Shown: positions 1 to 11,611 of the stretch, piece after piece
Position numbering within the stretch: the first letter of the stretch is position 1
Layout: the number at the start of each line of letters is the position of its first letter
Assembly (NCBI GenBank): GCA_026770705.1
Contig: JANJGN010000027.1
Location: 25,544,001 to 25,608,000 of the forward strand
From: Isurus oxyrinchus
Taxonomy: Eukaryota
Reading direction: 5' to 3'
Length of the DNA: 64,000 nt
Notes under the pieces: generated by a model
Told to the model about the DNA's origin: nothing
Databases searched by the model: none
The model's input: only the letters and a program-made list of their open reading frames with translations
Made by a program: the position numbers and the translations under genes

Positions 1-492
1 TAGATCTCTCTCCAGCAGCAAATTGTATTTTTCCAATGCCTGAGGCTGTGTAAAGTAAATGGGAAATGTAAAATGAAAGGTTTATCCGCTGGGAGTTTTG
101 AAAAAGATTAGTGTTTCAGATAGAAACGCAGGCTCTGTGTTTGGAACCAAATTGAATAGATGCTGCTTCTCAGTGCTTCATGTGACTAACCTTCCACTTC
201 CACAGAACATACAGGAAAGCATTCACTCCCCCCTTTGATAAGTCCTGGTATTTGCACATTGTTAGCTGAACCCTAGATGTGCTCCTGAGGGACATTATAG
301 TAATTCCCTACAATGTTTTCTCTTGTATTTGTTTTGTTGCTTTTATCATCTGTACATTGGAGATGGGCTGGGAGTAAAGGTTGTTCACACCCACTGGATT
401 CAGACATAACAGCTGTGTTTATTTTGCTGGCTTCAGTCCTCTCCCTACAATTGGCAAAGCTTTGCAATTCATTGAGGAACAAAGGGTAGCTT

Positions 493-598
493 GAAAAACT
501 GGATAGAAAATGGGTGAAGATTGTGGAGAGACCTTGAAGGAGACTTGAAGGAAAAACTGGATAGAAAATGGGTGAAGATTATGGAGAGACCTTTGAGG
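493..598. repeat. Two-copy tandem duplication, period 58 bp
   Basis: GAAAAACTGGATAGAAAATGGGTGAAGATT(G/A)TGGAGAGACCTT starts at both 493 and 551. Confidence 0.8.
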
Positions 599-1848
599 CG
601 CAGATGGGAAGAGGCAAGGCCCAGGACCAAAGTAGATGCTCAAGAGCAGAGGAGATAGTGGAATGTGGAGTACGGAGTAACCCAGAGGGAGAGCAACAGA
701 GACTAGCTGACTGACTGACTGGAGAAGAAATAGGGGGAGGTTGAAACTATCATGTGAGGCAAGATGGAGGAATCAGAAGTAGGCCATTTCTTCTGGTTCC
801 ATGCTGTTTGTATACACGTTTCTCTCCTTTATTTCCTTTCACCAGCTCCTGTTATTTCCTTTTCTGCAGAAGTCCTGATTTTCTAACTCAATGACTGTGT
901 TGTAGAAGGTAGTTTGTGTGTTTGCTGCGCCAATATCCAGCGTCTTATTGCATTATCTTCACTGAGGTCCCTCATCAAACTGCCTCCCAGCAAATGCAGA
1001 TAAAACAGCGAAGAACCAGGATTGGCCAAGACTACTTTATGACTGATTTAATTATCCAATACCCATTCAAAATTCTTTATAATGTTAAAAGCCACTTAAT
1101 GTAGAGAAGCCACAGATCACCTGGAGTGTATTAAAGGCACGAAACACACTCCAGGGGTTTGGATTGTTTGAGGGTCTGACCTGTAGGAGTGTGAAATGAT
1201 GCACGATGATGTCGTGCGAGCGGCCCAACATCTTCACACACTCGCGCGATATTTCACTCGGCGGGCACACGCGGGAGTTGGAGCCGCGCCTGCAGGTTAA
1301 TCAAGGGGCCAGTTATACGGCCCTCGACAACCCAACCGACGGTGATTTAACGCAGATCATGCGATGTTTTTGCTCGTCACATGGGCACAACAGGCAGGCA
1401 GGCTGCTCATGGTTTGCAAAATCCTCACCCATGGTCAGCAGCACCGCCAGTGTGAGCAGTGAGCAATTTGGGAGATAGTTTGCTGCCGGTGACTTATTGA
1501 TACTTGGCAGCTTCAGCTCTGTTCAGGGCTTCGTTCTTAGCATTTCCAGACATCATTTCAGGTCTCATTGGTGTCCTCCAGCCTCTCGGAGGATTGAGAC
1601 CGTGTGGACCCCTCCAGGTATCGGACAGCTGCCTTTGCCCTGGTAATGGGGATTGTGGTCTCCACTGGAGGCACCTCCTCTGAGGAGGAAGAGAGGGGCA
1701 GAAGGGAGAGGAGGCCAGGTGTCCCATTGCTGCCTCCAGGGGAGGGACCTGTGGGAGGAGAGGCGCAGGCACAAGGGGCACAGGGCCAGCAGGAAGCCCA
1801 AGGCTGAAGGGGTCGCTGAAGATGCCACTATCCTGCGGTGGTGATGAC

Positions 1849-2161
1849 ATCCTGCCATCCATTCTTAATTAGTACATTCGTTTAGATAATATCAGCACCT
1901 TCAACACCTTTGTGTTCTTTTGTTCTTTTGTCTGTGACATCGTTTGATGATCTGCTCCTATCACTGCTTGCTTGTCTCTACAACCACACCCCCCCCCACT
2001 TCTCTCCCCCTACCCACCCCCCACCTTAAACCAGCTTATATTTCACCCCTCTCCTATTTTACTCAGTTCTGTCGAAGGGTCATGAGGACTCGAAACGTCA
2101 ACTTTCTTCTTCTCCGCCGATGCTGCCAGACTTGCTGAGTTTTTCCAGGTAATTCTGTTTT
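1849..2161 (+). mobile_element. Penelope-like element 3' terminal fragment
   Basis: Near-identical to 50481-50763, the 3' region downstream of a GIY-YIG ORF. Confidence 0.88.
2065..2103 (+). ncRNA. Minimal type I hammerhead ribozyme motif (PLE-associated, variant core)
   Basis: Stem I AGTT/AACT, core CTGTCGA-A, stem II GGGTC-atgag-GACTC, GAAA, palindromic ACGT, putative cleavage after GTC (2099). Confidence 0.7.
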
Positions 2162-3954
2162 CGTTGAGGCCAGCCAGGCTGAGTGAGCCAGAGGCTTCGC
2201 AGCGATTGCTGGGTCCCCCGTGTCCAGGGTGCTATAGACTGCACACATGTGGCCATCAAGGCACCAGCGGGTCCGCCGGGTGCCTTCGTCAACAGGAAGA
2301 GATTCCACTCCATGAACGTGCAGATAGTGTGTGACCACAGGATGCAGATTCTGCAAGTCTGCGCAAGGTACCCAGGCAGCTCCCATGACGCTTACACCCT
2401 GAGACACTCCCAGGTGCTGAGACTCTTCAGCTCCAGCTTGACTGGATGGGTAGCTGCTGGGTGACAAGGGGTATCGCCTCAAAGGGGGGCTCATGACGCC
2501 TCTCCGCCACCAAGAATGGAGACAGAGCAGCGTTACAATAGGAGCCACGCCTCCACAAGGGCAATGATAGAGAGGACCATAGGTCTTCACAAGATGCGCT
2601 TTAGATGCCTGGACCGTTCAGGGGGCGGACTCTAATACCCCCCAGATCATGTGTCACTGATAGTGGTTGCAGTGCTGCACTTTCCACAATCTGGCACTGG
2701 CAAGGGGGGAGCCACTGGAGGAAGAGGGTGATGGTGCAGCTGCACAGGCCCCAGATGATGAGTTCAGTAGTGAGTTAGAAGAGGGGCACGGTGAGGAGAA
2801 CGCTGAGGGCACAGACAGAGCCAGACCTCAGTAACCTCCAGGGAGGCAGGGACACCAGGGACACCCTGATCCAACGCTCCTTCAGCTAGGCTGCCAAATA
2901 AGAACTACCACCTCATGTCAGGGCTGCTGCTTCTATCATGGATCATAGAAATGATCCTTTCCTTGGCCCCCAAGAAACACTCAGTGCCTGTGCAATACAG
3001 TTTTGAGTCACCCACGTCCAGCATTACACACTGGCCTACCCTACAGCTACAAAATAAATGAAGCATACTCAGGCCAATAGCACAAAAGCAAATGTAATTT
3101 TATGTTGGAACTCACATAGTATTGAACGGAACAATAATGTCATATCATTAAAAAAAAGAAAAACAAAATGAGAGGAACAAAAGAATACCCATGATCAGTC
3201 CCTTTTGTGCTTAAGGTGTTTTAAACTTATGTTTAGGGATGTTATGTCTAGGTGCTCCCTCCTCGCTGGCACCGGTATTGGAGCCAGCCTGCTGACCCTG
3301 CCATCTTGTTGGCCTCGATGACCTTGGTGGTCATCCTCTGGCCCGTGGAGCCTGTGCTGCCCCCACCTGGGAGGGCATGTCCAGTGCCATGCCTGGCATC
3401 TCTCCACCCGACACAGCCTCATCAGATTTGACGGTCACTGGCAGAGGGGCGGAGGAGCTGCTGCCATCATTCAGGGCGCCCAGAGAGGAGCTGGCAGAGG
3501 TGACAAGCTGCTCGTGTGCCAACGTGAGGTCGCTCTGAACCTCCCTGCTCGCCAACGATGGACGGGCAGCTAGCTGGGATACTGGGTGCCCAATCCATCT
3601 CCCACACTGACACTGACCAGCTGAGCTCAGTGGCTGTGTTAGGGCTTGCAGGTCCGAGTGCAACACCAGGAACCCCTGATTCTATCCCTGGAGCTGCCTC
3701 TCCACGAGAGTCACCAGTCTCTCCACGGAGGAGGCAGTGCGCTCGGCCATGAGGGTCAACACAGTGCTCACGCTCCTCAGGGTCTCCTCCACAATGGAGA
3801 CCACGGCACCCAGACCCTCATGGATTTCCGCCAGATCCTCCCGCACATCTATAACATAAAAGCAAAATACTGCGGATGCTGGAAATCTGAAACAAAAACA
3901 GAAAATGCTGGAAAAACCCAGCAGGTCTGACAGCGTCGGTGGAGAGGGAAACAG

Positions 3955-3993
3955 AGTTAACGTTTTGAGTCGGTATGACTCTTCCTCAGAGCT
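3955..3993 (-). ncRNA. Hammerhead ribozyme motif (decayed)
   Basis: Reverse complement AGCT-CTGAGGA-A-GAGTC-atacc-GACTC-AAAA-CGTT-AACT. The CUGANGA core is canonical, but GAAA is mutated to AAAA. Confidence 0.6.
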
Positions 3994-4454
3994 GGAGAGA
4001 AGTGGAAATGTGATGAAACTTATACTGTTTAAGGGGGTTGGGGCAGGTAAAGTTGGATAAAGGGCCAGCGATAGGTGGGACAAAGAAGAGATTGACAAAG
4101 GTGTCATGAACAAAAGGACAGAGGGAGTGTTAATCATACTGGTTCGTGCTAAAAAAGGTGCTGATAGTGGCAAAGGTAAGAATGCAGAATGTGATAGTAG
4201 CAAAGCAAGGGTAAGAATTCCATGAAAGAACAACATGGAACAAATGGGGTGGCGGTGGGGAAATAAAGGATAGGAAACGGGATAGAAGGGGGGATTTAAA
4301 AAGGGGATAAAACCACAGATAAATAAATAAAAATAAAAATAAGTGGATAAAAAGTAAAAATGAATGTAGAGAAAAGGAGATTGACAAAAGGGGGTGAGGA
4401 TGGAGGAGAGAGCTCATGGTCTGAAGCTGTTGCACTCAATGTTAAATCTGGAAG

Positions 4455-4748
4455 GAATCCCACCAGGGCAGGTGGTGAAATTTGAATTCAATAAAAATCC
4501 GGAATTAAAGTCTGATGATGATCATGAAACTGTTATTGATTGTTGTAAAAACCCATCGGGTTCACTAATGTCCTTTAGGGAAGGAAATCCACCGTCCTTC
4601 CCTGCTCTGGCCTACATGTGACTCCAGACCCACAGCAGTATGGTTGACTCTTAAATGCCCTCTGAACAAAGGCAATTAGGTACGGGCAATAAATGATTGG
4701 CCTAGCCAGCGATGTCCGCATCCCATGAACGAATAATAAAAAAAAACA
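4455..4748 (+). mobile_element. tRNA-derived SINE, family B (5'-truncated), nested in the PLE
   Basis: Homologous to 58672-59074. It ends in ...GGCCTAGCCAGCGATGTCCGCATCCCATGAACGAATAATAAAAAAAA. Confidence 0.85.
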
Positions 4749-7209
4749 TGTCTAGTCGGAAGATGAGGTGTTGTTCCTCCAGTTTGCGTTGGGCTTCACT
4801 GGAACAATGCAGCAAGCCAAGGACAGACATGTGGGCATGAGAGCAGGGTGGAGTGTTGAAATGGCAAGCGACAGGGAGGTCTGGGTCATGCTTACAGACA
4901 GACCGAAGGTGTTCTGCAAAGCGGTCACCCAGCCTGCATTTGGTCTCTCCAATGTAGAGGAGACCGCATTGGGAGCAGTGAATGCAGTAGACTAAACTGA
5001 GGGAAGTGCAAGTGAAATGCTGCTTCACTTGAAAGGAGTGTTTGGGCCCTTGGACGGTGAGGAGGGAGGAGGTAAAGGGGCAGGTGTTGCACCTTTTGCG
5101 ATTGCCTGGGAAGGTGCCATATAAAGGGGCTGAGGTGGTGAGGAGTGAACCAGGGTGTCCCAGAGGGAACGGCCCCTATGGAGTGCTGACGGGGGGTGAA
5201 GGGAAGATGTGTTTGGTGGTGGCATCATGCTGGAGTTGGCGGAAATGGAGGAGGCTGATCCTTTGAATGCAGAGGCTGGTGAGGTGAAACACGCATCTCT
5301 CACACACACACAAACACACATCTCCCACACATCTCACTGGACATCCAGCATCTTCTGCCTAATGGACAACTGCAGGGGCCCATCATCAGCCTTCAACTGA
5401 GCATTGTCCTGGTGTTCAGCCATCCTCCGACTGCCGGCACCCTGGGTACTCTCTGACTCCGCCTGCACCTTGAGCGGGTGTGAAGTGCCCTCACTAATGT
5501 GCACCGAGATACTAGCTGCTGAACTAATGCCCAGCGAGGTCCTGGTATCTGCACTGGTGTCTGCTTTAGAGAGCGGATGTGACGCAAGTGCTTGGGGAGC
5601 ATGGTGGTCCTCCGAGGTCAGGGTTAGCTCCTGGGGGTCCTACGCTTTGCTGCTTGGTGGTAGATCTAAGGGAGAACAAGGACGTGTCATTAGTTTAAGC
5701 CATCACACTGTCACTGTGCATGCCAAGTACCCTGGCTAGACAATGGAGATCTGCATTATGGTGCCACCGTCTTTCAATGATCAATGAGGAATCCAGTCTG
5801 GAGGCTCCCATCAATGAAGGGACTGCACAAGAATGTTTGAACCATCCTAAACTCTCACCTCAGTGCACTGCGCTCTGACCTTTGTCTGACACCCCAGCCC
5901 CTCTGCGGCCAGTTGACCGAGGCACATGATGCCTCTCCAGCTCCAAGGCCTCCTGCTAGTACAGGGAGAGGATGAGGAGGTGTCCGCGAGCTTTCAATGT
6001 TGTTATGGCTTGTCTTCTCCTGAAAGGACAGAGGAGCATTGATCAGTCCCCTCTCTACCTGCAGCACCATTGCAGCCTGGCCAACCCCAGCTGAGGAGCA
6101 CCTTGTAGGGCAAATCCGAGTCATGGCCCTCGAGCCACAAGGCACTCAGTCTAAGCAGCCAGTGCTCACCCCCTTGGCCAGTTCCAGCGTCATTGACAGT
6201 TGGCACTCAGACTCTAACACCCCTGAGCTCCACGGGAGGTTGGGGGGGGGGTGCTGCGAGGGGTGTGTGTGTGTGTGTGTTGGTGGGGGGTGGTCAGCCC
6301 AAAACAATTCGACACACTGACCCATGCCGACACGGCACTCACCCTTCCTGAGTGCAGCAGGTCATTGAACCACACCCACGTGCACCGCACCATGCCATGG
6401 CTGCTCACCCAGGCTGCCAACTCCTCCCATTGCCATCTTGGCGAGGTGCAGTGACCTCCTCCTCCCATCTCTATGGACAAGGGTGTTCCTTCTGGCAGTC
6501 AGCTCCTGCAGCAGTGCAGGGAGGCACACGTCAGAAAAACACCGAGGGGGGGGGGGGGGTCGTTGCTGAGCATCCAGTCGACCTCACCTCCCTCCTGGTC
6601 TCTGCATCGTTGTTTGCAGCCATGTCCCAGCCACAGCTCCGACATGGGAAGCCTCCCTGGAGCTGTCTGTGCCGTTAGTGAAATGGTCACCGGGTCGCCA
6701 TTGGACCCAGCGGACAGCAGGCCCCCCCACACCCCCCCCCCCCCCAACCCCCCCCCACCCCCCCCCCCCACCCTTTCTCGGACCTTCGGCAGCCAGAGTT
6801 CACACTGGGCAGACCTTAACTGGCCCGCCAGCATGAAACCGGTCACTCCCGCTTGCCCCCACCGAACCCACCCAACGAGGGCAAAATTCTGCCCTGAGTG
6901 TTTGCAGAATTTCAGTGACATTGGTAAAGATGCTCGAGTGCCAGTTTCAGTCTCCTGTGTGAGATTGGGGGAGGAGTTGCTGAAATCCTTATTGCAACAA
7001 TCACAATTCATTACAATAATTTGTTTCAATAAATAATGAATTACATTAATTAATTACAATAATCAAATGATGATGCGCCAATGTCCCAGTGGTTGATTCG
7101 GGTGTCTTAAGCATTAAGGGCTGATTATTTCAGCTAAACTCATCTTTCTCATTTTGGAACTGCCCATCTCATTCCCATTGGGAGTGAAAGTGAGATTTCC
7201 CATGTCAAT

Positions 7210-7890
7210 GAACTGTTTCTCCTACACCGATTATTCCTTGTGATTCTCCTGCTAGTTTTAGATTTCTGTATACCCAGATCTGTATACTTCTCTACTCCAA
7301 TTAGTGCAATCAATGTGTTACTGTTACTAATTTTAGATCTCTGTATACCCAGATCTGTATGCTTCTCTACTCCAATTAGTGCAATCAATGTGTTACTGTT
7401 ACTAATTTTAGATCTCTGTATACCCAGATCTGTATGCTTCTCTACTCCAATTAGTGCAATCAATGTGTTATTGTTACTAATTTTAGATCTCTATATACCC
7501 AGATCTGTATACTTCTCTACTCCAATTAGTGCAATCTGTGTGTTACTGTTACTAGTTTTAGATCTCTGTATACCCAGATCTGTATACTTCTCTACTCCAA
7601 TTAGTGCAATCTGTGTGTTACTGTTACTAGTTTTAGATCTCTGTATACCCAGATCTGTATACTTCTTTACTCCAATTAATGCAATCAATGTGTTATTGTT
7701 ACTAGTTTTAGATCTCTGTATACCTGGATCTGTATACTTCTCTACTCCAATTAGTTTTACACTTTTCAAGGAATAAGTGATCTTCCTCTGAACCAGCGTA
7801 CACTTTGCTCTATTGAATTTCATCTTCCATTTATCCACTTACTCTACAAACCTATTTGCTTCTTTCTGGATTTTTCTCCAGTCCCCTCCC
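7210..7890 (-). mobile_element. Old CR1 LINE ORF2 fragment containing a tandem amplification
   Basis: DKWKMKFNRAKC and GVEKYTDLGI match the CR1 W(Q/K)MKFNxxKC and E(K/R)DLGV motifs. Confidence 0.7.
7250..7755. repeat. Minisatellite, 75-bp unit, about 6.7 copies
   Basis: Unit TTAGATCTCTGTATACCCAGATCTGTATACTTCTCTACTCCAATTAGTGCAATCAATGTGTTACTGTTACTA(A/G)TT. The ORF track shows 25-aa periodicity. Confidence 0.95.
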
Positions 7891-9129
7891 CCATTATTAA
7901 CTATTATTAACTAGAATCGGCTCTGGTAGAAATCAGCTGACTACAACTTCTTTATAACCTTTCCATTCTGTCTCTATTTTCTCTGAGTTTGATCTTTCTT
8001 TCACTCTCTTCATTTATTTTTCTGTATCTGATTTGACTCTTAATTCCTCCAATTTCCCTCTCTGTCATCCCTTTGTTTCTTCCTCAATCCTTAAGCCTCA
8101 TTGATTGAGGAAATGAACTGCTGGTCCCATCAATCACTTAAGTCCCAGACATCCCATTACCCAGTCTGAACCGTTTATCAGTTCAAACTTCCTGCAGGTT
8201 ACAAGAAAAAAGGCTCTGTGTTGAGCAGAGAAAAACCATACTCTACAATCTAGGGCAAATATCTTAAGTCTAACTTGTTGAAAGATCATCGGCCTAAAGT
8301 GCTTTCTTTTCAGATACAGCCTGCGCTGAGTATTTCTAGAACATTGTTTTTATATTTTAAATCTAATATTTTGGTCTGAAAAAGCCAGAGGAAAGGAAAT
8401 TTCTGATTCTGTTAGCTTGACTTCAGAATAGGAGCTTCATAGACCCTGGAGTCCATAGGCCTGAGATGAAGCCTCCAGAAAATGGGTTCATCCCAATTAC
8501 CATCAGCCACTGGACAGCTAACCTGTCTCCTCGTTTCCTAATTCCCAAAGCTGTGTTTCACTATCCCATCCACACCGAGAACCGTGTAAGTAATGGGAGT
8601 TGTGATAATGAGAGCAGAGCCAAGATATCAGGGCTATTCACTGGGCTGCGCCCTCCAGTCTCAGCTCTTCCACACAATGTTAATGCTTGCACTCGGAGGC
8701 TTTCTCGGCTGTCTCAGCTGAGGCTACGTGACTGGGTCCCTGAAGCTCTACTTCCCTGAGCTACAAAGGCTGACAACTAAACAGGTCTAGTGGGATTAAC
8801 CATGGCCTGCCCTGCCCACGCTCTAAATGTTCCGATCAAAGTCCATGAGCAAATCCAGAGGGAAGTGACACTGGAGTCCAGTCCACACTTGTTTAGACGG
8901 TTAACACTTGTACTGAAGTTTCATTCTGTTCATCCCCTACAGAAAAACATGTAAATAGAAATCTCTCTTAAAGATTACAAACTGTTACATTTCCTATCAC
9001 ATTCTGCCAGTTGAAGCTGAAAATATTCCTGGAGCTGTTAATCTGCTTTCTTTCATCATAGATACTAGTGCACCTGCTGTCTAATTCTAGCACTTCCAAC
9101 ACTGCCGGTCTTATCTTCTTTTACTGATT

Positions 9130-9460
9130 GAGAACAGAGTGACCATAAAGACAAGAGAAGGTGGTGGCTGGTCTAAATGAGGGGCCATCAGAACTGGGAG
9201 AGATGAGCAGAGAATACTGCAGACTGCAAACTGAGAGGCCAAACCAATCGGGAAGCTACTTGTGGAAGAAGCATTGGAACTGGAGACATCTTACAAAGAA
9301 AAAGCGATGGAATCAGAACAGGGTTTAGGAATTTTAAGAGGGATATGTCAGGGGAGATGGCGCGGAGAGAACAAAGGGGATGCAGAAAGAAAGGCAGATG
9401 CCCTGGAGACAATGAGAACAAGAGAAAAGTAGGAGAAATCAGCAGAGAAAGGGATTTCAA
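9130..9460 (-). mobile_element. Very old L2-like LINE fragment
   Basis: Purine-rich degenerate segment. The minus strand weakly resembles the L2 ORF2 C-terminal region. Confidence 0.35.
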
Positions 9461-10351
9461 AACAGATACTGCAGTCAGACTATAAAATACAACGTGTGGC
9501 GCTGACTTTCACTGAGAACATCGTCTGATTTCATTGTTTTGGAGTCAGAGTATGGAGATTATGGCTGTCTACACATGGCTTAAAGCAGAGACATTCCTCT
9601 TGTTATTGGGTCAACCCAGCTGTATTTATATAATATAGAATAAAACAACATTGGGTTCAGCACAGTTTTAAAAGTAGTGATGCATTACAGGCCAGGCAAT
9701 CATTTGCTTTGGGGTGTTTCTGAAATCTAATAACCGCTGGGCAAACTCAACCCTGAAATATCAGGTTTCGAATCCCTGGACCAGCAGGTTTAATTTTAAC
9801 TCAAAGGAGGTGTACCATTTGTGTATATTGTACCTGAGAGGAATTATAATACAGCCTGGCACGGTGGAGCCTGGTGTGGTGGAGCCTGGTACACTGGAGT
9901 CTAACATCCTAAAAGCTGATAGTTTTAGGCAGGAAAGATTTCCTTGAATTTGAAGGAACACTTGTTGACTTCTGTATCCAGATGCATGAAAGAATTTCTA
10001 ATGTTCTGTCAAAGACCAATAACAATCTCGTTGCTGAGAGCTACGGTAATTAACTTTTATTCCCCATTAACCTCTGCAGTTAATGACTTTGCTTCTGATC
10101 TGTTAAACAATCCCTGGGACATTTACACCAGAGAAAGTTGCGTAGTGAGGCTGGACAGCAAACTCACGATTCAGTGCGAGGAAACAATACAGTGTCTATG
10201 TAACCCTGTCGTTACACAGCACAGACTACTCTCATGGTCTCTTCCTCTGCTCTTTGGAAATTGGCTCCCTTCACTTGGTCAAAACTAGTCTTGTGACATT
10301 GCAATTTATTCCCATTAATTTTAGCACTTCCCTTGGCACTTGTCTAAGAGT

Positions 10352-10535
10352 TCACGGTTCAGTGGGTAGCACTGAAATCTCCAAGTCAGAAGCTTATGGA
10401 TTTAGTCAGACGTTGAACATAAGATCATCTGACACTGGTGGTACAGTACCGAGGGAAAGCTGCACTGCTGTAGCTACAGTCATTCGGATGAGTTATTAAA
10501 TATCTACTCTCAGGTGGGTGTAAAAGATCACTAAC
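10352..10535 (+). mobile_element. DeuSINE (SacSINE1/AmnSINE1-like) partial copy
   Basis: tRNA-like head, then CAGTACCGAGGGAAAGCTGCACTG...GGATGAG...CAGGTGGGTGTAAAAGATC. Confidence 0.75.
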
Positions 10536-11611
10536 ACTTCATTGTTTCCAGAAACGAAGTGGCTTCCTAACTACACCCACATATTCCAAGAGAGCAGTCA
10601 GCCGATGGGTCCCAATGCTTTGATCTATAACATAACTGAACTATAGATGACATAATTTCTCCCAATCCACATGTACAAAGGACATATATATAATGTATAA
10701 AGACTTGGATATTATAGATGTTAAACCATTCTCAACGAAATTGGACACACTCACTTGTTACAATAAGGCCATTCAAGATTGACCCCACAACCTTTCCAAT
10801 TGTTAACAGCTTTTATCTCTTAATTTGTTATAAGTTTAATCTAGTTTAGTAACTAATAAAGCAAATACTCTGTGCCAGGTTCCCTTCCTCTAATCTTTCA
10901 GCTCTAAAGATTGAATCCAATATAAATTACTTGGGAAACATGTCTTTTTGGAGAAAACAAGCCACTTCAAAGTATCGGGTGAGTGTTTACAGTAGTAAAC
11001 ACAATGATGTGTTCAATTTTAGAAAGTGCTACTGGGTACAATGGCCTTTCAGCAAGAGGTTATAGCGCAGTTATCGGCTGCTAAATCCTTGATGCATAAG
11101 TGGATGTACCAATCATTCATTGATTACATTTTTTTTAAATGTCTCCGTTCTTGGAGTGAAGCAGCGCGGAGTGTCTTCCTCAAAGTGGGTTCTTTGGATC
11201 TTCCCAATACATGGAGCTGTTGATTGAAGAGGTGAATAGTTGTGCCCAGGCTATTGAACGGGGGTGGGGGTGGGGCAAGAATGAGTGTGATAGTGAAACT
11301 AATCGCAACCACGTTTAAACTCAGATCTCCGAAATGTAAGGGAAACAACAGGCCCATCTCCTTGGACGATAAGTGTTGTGTTTGTTCTAATAGATGCTGC
11401 ATTTGTTGTTAGAGGAATACCCACTGACACATTGCCCTGACTGACTGCTCCTTCAATCAGCAGACGATGCAAAGTCATGAACCTTCAGTGAGAAATTTCA
11501 GAACTGCACCCCCACAGGATGGTGAACATGTGAAAGATGCCCAGAGCTGAGGGTCCTTTAGGACCAATAGGCAGGTTTTAAAATGACTTGGATCCTCATG
11601 GTTAAATTATA

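Larger units (their letters stand above)
1646..2889 (+). pseudogene. Harbinger DDE transposase (HARBI1-like, DDE_Tnp_4), disrupted
   Basis: Motifs GAIDCTHVAI, FVNRKRFHSMNVQIVCD, ARYPGSSHDAYTL, GDKGY and ERTIGL..KMRFRCLD. It has frameshifts, stops and a PLE insertion at 1849-2161. Confidence 0.92.
3851..5289 (-). mobile_element. Penelope-like element, 5'-truncated, with GIY-YIG endonuclease remnant and 13-bp TSD
   Basis: FTCTSLSLVYCIHCSQCGLLYIGETKCRLGDRFAEHLRSV...VACHFN...RKLEEQHLIFRL. The TSD is CTCCC(G/A)CACATCT at 3838-3850 and 5322-5334. Confidence 0.93.
3195..6623 (-). pseudogene. Harbinger accessory Myb/SANT-like DNA-binding gene, 3 exons, disrupted
   Basis: WEELAAWVSSHGMVRCTWVWFNDLLHSGR followed by a GTGAGT donor. 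A coiled-coil-like C-terminus (EDLAEIHEGLGAVVSIVEETLRSV) follows. It is homologous to 30655-32690. Confidence 0.82.
1177..6894 (+). mobile_element. PIF/Harbinger DNA transposon, copy 1 (left TIR lost, interrupted by two Penelope insertions)
   Basis: Convergent transposase and Myb/SANT remnants. The right terminus is ...AAAATTCTGCCC at 6894. It is colinear with the reverse complement of copy 2 (30399-34671). The left boundary is approximate. Confidence 0.88.

Noticed and set aside
1646-2889. Domesticated HARBI1 host gene
   Set aside because: It has stops, frameshifts and a TE insertion, has a second copy in the window, and lies inside a TIR element.
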